Assembly (NCBI GenBank): GCA_051362555.1
Contig: CM120645.1
Span: forward strand, 6,200,001 to 6,264,000
Origin: Lingula anatina
Lineage: Eukaryota > Animalia > Brachiopoda
Length of the DNA: 64,000 bases
Direction of reading: 5' to 3'
The notes under the pieces were generated by a model that worked only from the letters and a program-made list of their open reading frames with translations, had not been told where the DNA came from and did no database searches. The position numbers and the translations under genes were made by a program. Below, in pieces: positions 38,401 to 50,622 of this stretch (position 1 is its first letter; each line of letters starts with the position of its first letter).

Positions 38401-41400
38401 TTTTTGATTAATCCATAAAATCCATCAATATCTATCACTGTTGTTTCTCTTCTAAAATCTAGTATTAAAGAATTGAATGTTACCAGTAAGAGAAAAATTA
38501 CATATTACGGTAAGTCAATTATTTTCTTATGAAATTCTGATTCACTACTGTTAATTCTTTCCATGATTAAACTAATGAGAAGAAATTAAAGCATGCTTAG
38601 TCTGAAGATTTATTCAAAATAAGAAGAACTTCCATTTCATGTGATTACTTAACTGTAGTTGACATTTTTTTTTTCATATTTGCCTTATCATTTTGGGGAG
38701 GGGGTCTTTTTAGAGATACTTTAAATAAAGTGCATCACCACAGCCCTCATACTGAGAACTATGCATGGCAGAAATTACACAGCTAGCCCTAAAACTAAAA
38801 CTGTGCAAGTCATGCACAAAGATCCACAGCTGCTGCAATCTAGCCAATTCTCAGTAATTCAGAGAAGTAACCATGCCAACATGGTTGCCATGCCAACTCA
38901 TTTCCCATCATGCACTGCAGTGGTATAAATGAGATAAATACCTATTGGCAGATCAAGGCAAAGTGCAGCAAGCAAGTTCACAAACAGAATAATGGAACTG
39001 CACAACTGAAAACATGTTGACATTCTTACCTTGTAGTTTTTCGATCTCTCTCTCATATTCCTCGGGTGTCTTGGCCCTCTCTTGGTGCACATGGTTCACC
39101 TTGTGGTTGGGGGTTAGCGTTCCCCCAGCCTCCAAACTGGCCCCTATACTACCGCTGTCAGAGTCGGAGTCATTCTGGGCATCAACATCAGATGCGTCCT
39201 GTCGTGACTCCATCAGGAGGTCATGCTCGTGTTTCAGCAATCGCAACTCAGCTAGTTCTGCTTGTAATTTCATTACCTGGTCTGGAATCAAAAGAATTTG
39301 AGATTTGAATGTGAAATAAAAATATAGCCATATGCCTATCATATAATTTTGTACAAATTGTATAATGCTATCTTTTTGTCTTTACACGCCCAATCATGTG
39401 CAATCCCCATGTTTTCTTAGTGTAAATCTTTTTCTCATTTTTTACTTACTTTGTTTTTGTTTTGTCTTTTTGTTTTCAATATCTTTTAGAAGACATACTT
39501 TTTGTGTCATTATTATTCAGTATAAATATTTACTTCACATTTCAAACTAAAGTTCATGAATTCTTATTCCTACTTCTATGTTCCACTTCATTTTAAAATG
39601 TTCATATGATGCCTACCTTGATGTTCATGTCTGTAACTCTTTAATTCCTCTAGTTCTGCTTCAAGTTCTTCTATGTGTTCTAAAAAATAATACAATCGTG
39701 GCTCCAGTCACTCTCTGGGCATTATTCATTATGAGTGGAAAACTGTACGTGTTGGCGTCATTTTAAGTCAGTACCAAATTTCTCTTTATCTCTCTCTTTT
39801 GCTGTCTCTCTGTGTGCACAGGCATAAGTATGCATGTAAATGCAGCAATTTCTCACACCAGGCTAAAAACTGCTTAAAACTTTACACTTAAGTCACGAAA
39901 GTGAAATTTGCCCTTATATTTATTTTCTTTAGAACACAAAAAATGACACCCACCTTGAAGTTGACTAGAGAGCTCTTTGCTTTGCTCCTCTTGTTTCCGT
40001 GATTCTTCTAGTTGAACTGAAAATTAACCAAACTTCACATTTGAAAGGTATACACCAGCCTTGATTAAAACCAAATGCATCAAAACCAGCAACCAAACAC
40101 GAGGGAGTTTATTAATTATGGGATATACATTTAGAAACAATAACTAAAAGTACACATAAATAAACAAGTAGAAAAGGCAATTTCACAAATTGCCACGCTC
40201 AAGACAAGAAAGACCAGTTTCTTATCACATTTCTCCCTGAAATATTCTGCAGCTCAATAAGGGAGCCAAATGAATACAACCAAGTCAATAAGATCATAGC
40301 TAGTCCTGCAATACACAACACTTAATAATCAGGGGGAAAAATTAAAAACATGCAACCAGGGAAAGCACTGACAGGTTTTTTTAAGAAAAAATTTTAAATT
40401 ATAATGGGAAGGCACACAGGTGTAGGAAATTTTAAAAAATTCACAAGACCCAGCTAAAATGTCTCTGATTTTGTCAAATTTTAATAACTGGACTTTTCAC
40501 AAAATAAAACTATGCATAAGTGTGAGCCTTAATGTATCAGCACAGGGGAAATAAGAACAAAGGGAGAAAGAAAGAAGCAGAAAAGAAAGCACTTACACTT
40601 TAAATCATCCACAGTATTTTCCATAATTTGGTTCATTTGAATATCTGACTGCCTGAGTTTGTCTGTAGTAGAAAGAGATGGAATAAGAGAAAATGTCTAT
40701 GTTAAGTTCAATTTAGTATTTCAGCAGCATGAAACAACTATTGAATTTAGTCGGTATTAGTTGTTGTTGTTTTTTTCCAAACTTGGAAATATATTTCGTG
40801 AAATCATACAGTCAAAGCTACCATGCAGCAGAATAATGTTGGAATAATGATCAAAGGAAACATTACATAAAGTAAGAAAACTAAAAACATCATCTTGCCA
40901 ACAAGCTATATAATGATCTGCCTGCAAAACATTCAGCAAATGAAATATCCATTTAAGCACAATCAGTTTAAAGAAGTTATGGTTCTTAAACATGCAAAAA
41001 GGAAGTGTCAATTTTTTTCAATTTGGATTTGCCTTGCAACACATAGTTCAATCACTTAATATTTAGTTCCTATGCATTATAAATATTTCTCCTCATCAAA
41101 GTAAAATTCACCTTTCCCAAATTTATGCAGAATGACTGAGCAGGATTATATAAAGATTTTTCATTGTTTACTGCTACAGTTTCTAAACATACTAAATCAG
41201 AATTCATTAGATGAGACAACAAGTTACAACATCAATAGTTATTTTGCTAGTTGGGATTACTTTGAGAATAACAAATATGTTAGCCGAGTTGTGATAGTTG
41301 TGATACTGTGTGATTGTGATAGCTGTGACAGCAACACAATCTCGGTTGTGTTGGTTGAGACAACATACCTTCCAGTGAAGCCACCTTGGACACATACTGA

Positions 41401-44400
41401 ACCACTTCAAACTGAGCCTGCTCAAGCTGGTCTGTAAGGGAGGCAATGGAGTACAGATAAAAAGCAAAGATTTTAATAATACAGAGTACATTTTCTGAAA
41501 TTTGCCTGATGAAAATACTTGTTTTTTTGTATTGATATTTCATCGTATAATAAAGCAAGTTGTTATTATTGGTAAACCTGATTATATCTCTGCACTTACT
41601 CTGCAACTGATCCACTTTTTCTTTACTTTCCTGTAACCGATTCTCAGAATCTTCTAATCGTTCTGTGAAAAGAATAGTTCAGTCTTATACTACAGTGGAC
41701 TGTTAATAAGTCACAAAAGTAAACACTTCACATACGCACACACACTTAAATTTTATCTAAAAATGGAATGCTGGTTATGAGGTATTTTGTAGTTCACTTT
41801 TATTTTATGCAATGATTGGTCACGATTTAATTAACTGAAAAAGGAATTTATAAAGCAAACAAGCACAGAACAATGAATATATAAATCCATTACTTACTTT
41901 TGTAATTCTCTATCTGTTCTTGTGTTTCTCTTAATTTACCTGTAAATCAGAGATAAACATAAAATTAAGATTATCAAAAAGAACATGGAAAGTACAAAAT
42001 ATGTATCATAAAGAATTGTTTCACCCTTTATCAACTGTCACAGAAGTTATTACACAAGACAACAAAGGACAAAAGACAACATGTTGTGAGTTAAGTCAGA
42101 GTAGCACGACGAAAACTTAAAACCACTCCTTTTAAGCGATGAACTACAGGAAGCCACACATCACCAAAGTGCATAACACACTGCAGGAGGAAAAAATACC
42201 TATGTGCCATTCCTGCCACCAAAGTAACAAACTTTGATGAATTCTTCTCTCTATTTTAAACAAATGTCAGACCACCCATTTCACATCATGTTACCATTAT
42301 GCTACATTTATCGGACAGATTAGGCGGCATGTTTTCAAGTGGGTCACACTATATTTGAGTCGCTGCTCAGTTAAGCCTGGATCAACTTGGATGTGAACAG
42401 ACCTCTGGTATCCAGCCCACCAGCTGAGGGACCAATTTCAACTAGAGACGGGTTGACCTATCACAGTGAACACCATCTTGGAAGACTGCCAGATTACAAT
42501 TTTTAATCATAAGAAGCCATTCTAATCCCCTTGCTGTCCCCCACACACTAACACTATGATCAAGTAAAGCCATGCTTATTATAATTTATTATTAGAAATC
42601 ATATTCATACAATGTGTTGACCCAGCTCCAGTGAGAATTAGCCATGAATTTAGATTAGGCTCTTCTGGCAATGGTGTTCTGTTCAGTCCAATACACCATT
42701 GTACCCTTGGCAAATTTCTGATTGTAGAACACCACCAAACCAATTTTGTTACAGGTTAATATGCATGGGCACAAACTCAATATTTGTCCAGTACACCTGC
42801 ATGACATGTTTCCTGAGCCGATCCAGTAGTCATTTTTTCCCTGTCCTTACCTTTTACAAAAGCCACCTCGGCACTGTCACCATCTGTGACATCATCCTTA
42901 TTAAAATCCCCGTTTGTCTCTGACTCAGAGTTGTCACTGTTATCACTACTATCAGTATCCACAACATTCACACCAGCAGTAGCAGTAACAGTTACTGTAG
43001 CAGCAGAGGCTGGAAAGTAATGACACACCATGCAAAAGATAACAAATGCCACACCCAAACAAAAAGCTGGGTCTCTTCTGGTACAATAACAGCTTAATTA
43101 CTGACATCATTTAGTTAATGACATCAACAAAACAATCCTCCCCCCCCCCTCCCCACCCTCCCACTGTTTGTCTCTTTCCATCTTCAATTTCTCCCTCTTC
43201 AAATGATTATATGTATATGGATGAATAAATGTATAAATTATTAATTCAGTTAATTAATTAATAAGTAGACAGACAGATTAATCATTTAATTTAAAACATT
43301 TCGCATTCCACAAAGTCAGCTTTTTTAAAGACTCACTGACTCTGAAGAATGTTTGTTTGTCTGTCACTATAAGCTGTTATCAGTACCAGAAGATAAACAA
43401 ACACTTAAAATGCACAAACTGCAAAACCAAATGACACCAGCAATTGCAACCAACTGAAACTGCCACAAATAGTTTCCAAACTGGCTTGCAATAGAAACAT
43501 CTGCTAGCAGCTCAAACATTTTTTTTCCGGAGCTTGCTGGCAAGATATTCTACTATTTCAGTTCATCAATCTGGCCATAGCTTTTTACATACTAGAAGCA
43601 CAACTCTTAAACAAGCTGTATAGTCAGAAATACAGTAGACTTCACAAAACTGGTCACTTTATAATTTGAATTTTATTTTACCTCTAACAAATCTTATGAA
43701 ACTGACTTTTTTCTTTGGTATTAGCTGGAAAATAAACACTGCTGAACTCAAATATTTGCGTGACTTACACAAATTTTCCAGTCCCAAAGTGTGCAAGCTA
43801 TGTATAGTCTACTGTGTTTGAACATGCTTCAAACTCTGCTTGCTTTCTGCTGGTTTATACACATAGTGAGTTTTCAGTGAATTTAATTTAGTTACAGAAA
43901 TATTGCATCTGCTATATTGGCATGTTACAGTATAGTATCATGCTGTTATTCCGAGTGCATATTTTCACTAAAGTGACTTGGGTGATGTACCGAGACATTT
44001 TGGTGTAACATTTAAAGATGTGCAAGATTGATTCTTAAGAAAGAGTAACTTGATAGTCAATCTTCATAATGGTCTATGTAGATTGAAGAAAGTCTATAGT
44101 TTCAATCAGTTATTTCATATTACAAAAAGTTGTCAGATTTAAATGTGATTAAGGAGTAATTTTTTATATATCATTTTTTAATTTAATATAATTTTAATTG
44201 CATCTATCAGTATGGCATATTTCTGTTCATCAATTTTATGCTTTCTATGGCATGCCATGCATGTTATTATACATCATATATACATATGTTCTGCAATTTG
44301 CTAAGTTTAACCCACATTACAGAGAAGTTAACAGCCAACTGGTACATAGAAGCAGATACAGCATTGACTTGTAGTATTAATAGTACTCGTTCATGATCAT

Positions 44401-44488
44401 AAACTAAATTTAAAAAATCGCAACTGTACACAAACATGCCCATACTATGCCACACACATAATTTAATTTTAAAGTAAATACATCATGC

Positions 44489-44534
<46 letters not shown>

Positions 44535-44886
44535 ATGCATGCACGCACGCACGCACACAAGCCTCCTACAGCAGAATAAAAAGAGACCCATGCAAAAATC
44601 TTACTTTTCAGGTCTTCCAGTTCTTTACTGTTCTCCTGACTTTCGTTGTCTAACTTGTCTATAGATATGATGTCCACCTGTACACCTGTGAGAGAAAATA
44701 AGAGGAAGAGTTTTACACAGGATATCCATACATAACACAGCAGCAATCATGACACTGGTATTAATACATAAATCACTACTGGCTGAATGTCTTGAATTAC
44801 AGACATGCACTAGCTTGGCATTTGATTTTTTTTCTTTGAAGATCAATGTAAGAGGGTAAAGAATGTAGCATAATGTTCGCTACTTT

Positions 44887-44939
<53 letters not shown>

Positions 44940-47900
44940 ATGTGTGTGCATGCATGCACCCATGCACATACATTGGAAACATGAGGCTGTTAAATACACA
45001 GAAGTACATGTTGTAACCTTCGTCTAGAACGATATGACAATAATTATATATATATTTTATTTTATTATCAAATACCAACTTAAAATTTGTCTTCATCCAA
45101 ATTATTACCAATGTGCATGTTAGACTATCATCCTTACTAATTAGGTGTGTTGCAATTATTTTACAAGTGTACATAGGTAGAGCTGCAGGATATTGTTCTC
45201 ATAACACTTACTCTGTGAGTCAGTTTCCTTGTCTATCCCTGAGCTCTGCTCTTTAAGGGACTCTAGTCGAGCTAAAAAATATTCAAAAGAATAACATAAC
45301 TAGACAAAAAATATAATTTCACCCGTTTTTAGAGGTTAAAAACAGGAAAAAATCCTTTCTTCAAGTTGACTTTAGAATGTTTTTTTTTAACCCAACCAGT
45401 CAACTGCCAGTATCAAAATAAAAATTTATCAAATAATCTTTTAAAATCAAGACTTCCTTGTGTCGGTGTTAAAACGTAATTTTGCCACTGAAAAATATGA
45501 TATGACTGAATGGCTCATTCAAATATTTACATGATTCATAAATAGTGACTTATTAATATGTATATCAGAACTAATATCAGATATAATATTATATAAAATT
45601 CAGAAAGGTCTTTATTCATCTATGTTACCTTTCATGGCAGTCAGTTGCTCTTTTGTGAAATCATTATCTGCCTGTAATGACTCCACTTTGGCAGACAGAG
45701 TATTTTCTTGGTTGATCATGTCCTCAAGTTTGCCTTCCAGGTCTGTCTTTTCTTGTCTAACTTTTTCTAACTCTTCACTGTGCGTAAGCTCAGCCTCCTG
45801 AAAAAATCAGAAACTTTTAATTGAAAATGTGAACAATTCAAAATAAGGCAATTATACACAAAATTTTAAATACCCCCTTCTAGTGCTTCATTTTTACCAA
45901 AACAGATCAATTTAACTTGTTTACAAAAACATACTTTAACCCCTTTTCAAACTTCTATTAAATTAATGTTTTTTCAGAATAAAAACAAAATACTATATGT
46001 GAAGCAAAAATAATCATAATGTAAATTTTTGTTTTCCTTTTAAAACAAACATTCAGCGTACCTGTAATTTTTGCTCAGCTTCAGCTACAGCCTTGAGCTG
46101 GGTCTCATGTTTCTCTGCCAGCTCCTGTAGCTCTGTCTGAGCTCCCTCACACAACTGCCGGAGGTGGCTACACTCATCTTCTGTATTGCTATATGATCGC
46201 TGGAAATACACAGAGACACTCTTTATAATTTTTCTACATATTAGTTAATGACATATGAATGTTAGAAACACACAAAGACACTAATTATATCCATTCTTTA
46301 TATTCCTATACGAATGCTGGAAATACCCAAAGACATTTCCTTTACTGGTGTTGAATGAGATTAGTTTTCATTAGCACAATATCAAAATCAAATGTATTTT
46401 TAGAACCTAAAAATCTCACTTACCTCTAAATCTGACAGCTTTCGCACAGCTTCAAGTTTTTCTTCCAATACTTTCCTAAGAGATTCCTGCAAAGGAAATT
46501 TGGAGAAATATTAATAAAGGAAATTAAAATCATGACAGTAAGTAAATTAGGTTGCCATGGCTACATATGTACTGTTCTCATGCAGTTATCATTTCCTTTC
46601 AAACATTATTTAAAGATTTAACCCTATCAATTTCCAAGATTTAAGATTTACACAAGCATAAAACCAAAGAATCACCTTTGATTCCATTATCCACATTAAT
46701 CACTATCCAGTTCATTAAAAATCAGCAATTACTTTGTTGCAGAAGCAGAGAAACAAGTCATTTCATGAAACCTACTGCTATCAATACAACAAATTACCAT
46801 AGACTCCTAGTTAGAACTAAGACAGTCTAACACTTCTAAATTAACACATCTATCTGAGATTTCTCAAGAAAACAGAATGCCTTTACTTTAAAACATGATA
46901 CGTATAACATACAGGGTGAGCAGAAATTTTTTAGTTCCTTGTGGTGCCAACAAAAACAAAATTGTGTTACCATGTCACAGGCACTAGTGCACAAAGAGAC
47001 CTTTTGATTTGACTATTTATGCAGTCAAATAGTTCTCGTGACTGAATGGAATTTTGAAATTTGAGAGCTATTGTGTTTATCTATTTATTTACTTTTTTTT
47101 TGGCTCATCAGAAAAAAAATATTTCCTGGCAAATACCAACATTAAATTTGCACATATATATATATATATAATTTTTATATAATTCATTTTTAAGAGTTTA
47201 TTGTTTTATGCATCAAAATCATACTTGCATTAAATTCATAACAAAAAGCAACTAGGGTCAATACTTTTTCTCCACAGTGTGAATCTAGCTTTCAGCTCCA
47301 ATTTGCAATTTCCTAGAAATTTTCTCCCTTAAAGACACATTCAACCTAAAATACGATACTCTTCAATGTTTTCATAGTATCAACTTTGCATTATATATAT
47401 CACTGTACAACAGGTATGCTGAAGAAGGCTGTCTATATGCTACAGGCAAAATCCAGTCTACCTCATAGCATTCAGAGACATTAGGAACTATTCTAAGTGA
47501 TATTATATATATATTCTCACCTTCCTTGCAAATAGCTAATACATATATCCAAGTGACTGGTAAATAACTATCTCCTGCCTTTTTTAACTTCTGGCCTTTT
47601 ATTTCACATAAGTTTCATATTATCCAAACAGAAATGTTTAAGTGTGGATTGCATGTATTCACATACTCAATGGAATTTTTACACATATAGTTAAGGAAAT
47701 ATCTTATGCTGAGTATGCAAATCATAAAAAAGTCCATTAGCTGCACTAATTTAATAGGATATACTTATCTATTTCGTTCAAGGTTATCAGATTGCCACCC
47801 CAATCTAAGAATTAAAATAAAAAGACATCTCACAAATAAAAGATGTAACAATCACTAAATTGCTATCAAAATGCATAAATACAATGTAATATTTATCATT

Positions 47901-50245
47901 CTCTCGTACCTTAGCGGTGGTTTCGTAGACGCTCTTATCTTCCTGCAGTGCCACCAACTCCTGGCGCAAAGACTCTTCTGTGTGGTTCTAGAAAATTATA
48001 TAATATTACACTGTATTATCTTTGCACTGATATTAACTAGAGCCATCCCTGTGCTGCCATCTATACAGGAATATTCACCTTGCTATCATGTGCTGCCACC
48101 TTTTGGCAAAGTTTTTAACTACTGGAGAGTAGATTTAATAACATAAATAAGCATTATAAGTGTAATTTTTGTTTGTGATTTTTCATCCTTGCTGTTAATG
48201 CAGTACATCACATTCATTTTATTTCAGCTGTGTTCACATTAAAAGAAACATCTTTTAAAAAGAAGAACTAAATAAGCACTTCAAGATTGACAGCGCTTTA
48301 AATTGAAAACTTTTTTACAACAGAAAAACTAGTAAACATATAGTCCACCTTACCTTGCCATAAATATGAAGTTGGTTTTCTAAGCACTCTAACCTGGACA
48401 GCAACCTATCTTCATCTATTAGGGCCTGAAATATAGGAATAAAACATAACAAAATGACACTTTGGAAACACTTGTTCTGTTTTATCAACCATTAACTGCT
48501 GACCACTGAGTCATAGTTGCCATAATAATAATAAGAAGAACAACAACAACAACAACAAAAACAACAACAACAACAACAACAATAAACCTTCCTTACCTGC
48601 CATCCAGACTCGGAGGCCTCTTGTGTACTGGAGACCAGCCTCTGGAGTGTGGCCAGCTTGTTCTCCAACATCTGTTCTCGATGCAGTGCTTCCTAAATAG
48701 ACAATTTAATTATACATTAATTAGCAGACAAATATCTAACTAAAATAACATATAAATCAATTAATCCAATAATGACAAAGTAGCATGTATGGAGGACACT
48801 TACTATAAGAGGATTATAGAGTCATAAATCAAAGCATGTAATTTTTCTTTGCTTGCTTGGTTGGTTAAGCAAACCAGGTGTCCCCAAATCACATACAAAC
48901 TGGCAGAAAATAATTACTGGCAAACTAACTATAGCAGTGAAAACTGATATATATATGAAAAAACTCTCAATGGTACAGCTCCCCACTAAAGAAGTAAAAA
49001 GAGTCCTTATTCCTTGGTGAAGTGTAAACTTATTTTTCTGAAGTTTAGTGTGAAAAGAGGAAGTCCTTAAGAGGGGAACAATTCCCATAAATATCAATAT
49101 AAACTGAAGAATAAACGCCCTTAGATTCACAGTAAGAGTTAGTTGCTTTCAGATTTAGAACCCTTATGATTCAGAAAAAAGGGCGTTCCATTACTTGGTG
49201 CCACAAATTAAAATCTATAAATAGATGCATTGCTCTTTCACTCGTGCATTCACACTCTAGCTGAGACATCTCAATTTGTTTCCACACTATCTAAGTACAG
49301 AACTAAGTTAAACTATCACAAAATGACTGTAAATTCACCTTCAGACATATCAGACACCTTCCATACGTAATTGTACAGAAGCAGTAATGGGCGCAATGTT
49401 TGTAAATGGAGTAAGATAACACGTAAGAGTGACAGGTGAAGCCGTAAATATCCGAAAGTGGTTCTAAATTTGTTGCACCAACATATTAATATAAACACAC
49501 ACAGATGTGTGTGTTAATTTGGACTTTCTGATTCACGCCACTAGTGGCATTAGACAAACAGTAGTAGCAGTACAGTAGTAGTAGAAGTCAGTATGGAAAC
49601 TTCTCTAACTCAGCTTTAGTAGCATTCAGACCAGTTTCAAATTAAAAACTGCACTGGATACAAATCAAGCAACTAGACATATATTCCATATCAAAGTGTT
49701 ACACAATTTATCACTTCAAAATAAATCTTCAGAAGTCCACTAGAGCAACTATGGCCATAAAGGAGAAGCCATTGTTATAATTTTTTGTTATAAAATAATT
49801 ACTGTACAGTATTTCATACTTAATCCAAGTCAGTTGCTCTATGCACCCTTTGAATTTACACATCAAGAAAATTACAATTTTCAGCAGGTTCAACTTGAAA
49901 GTGAAGTCACATCCTTTTAAGACATTAGTACAGGCTATTAAAAAAACTTAAAAGGTTAAATACAACATAACTCTTCAACCATCCCTTCCAATATTTTGAA
50001 CCTACCTCTAGGCTTACACCTTAAATAGAAAACTTTGGCCAAATGCTTTAGGAAATTCACTTGCAGAAAAATTGAAATTGGCAAAGGGCAATTTGAAACA
50101 TTTCACCAGTTTTCATACATTTCAATATGATTCTGTGAAACATGAGGCATTCCCTTACAACGATATCGTACCAGAGTGACTCCAATACCAAGTACATTGT
50201 GTGTTAAAACATAACTCGGTATATACAGGCAAGGGAGTCAGTTTG

Positions 50246-50289
<44 letters not shown>

Positions 50290-50587
50290 ATGCATGCATG
50301 CATGCATGCGTGCATTTCATGTGATACTTGAAAAATGACATACCTGTAGATACTGCGACAGTTGATAAAGCTCCTGAGAATGAACTTGGCTGCCTAAGCT
50401 AGTCCCTGAGGTGGGGAGTGAGGAGCTGAAATCCAGGAAATCATCCACATTTCAATATTCTGTTGAGATATTTACACTTGTACAAACATCTGCCATTATA
50501 TAACACCTCATTTCCTTCCAAATATACACCTGAGTACTAGTGAGTACGACTACATGGTATACTAAATCATTATCTCTTTTTAATAAT

Positions 50588-50622
<35 letters not shown>

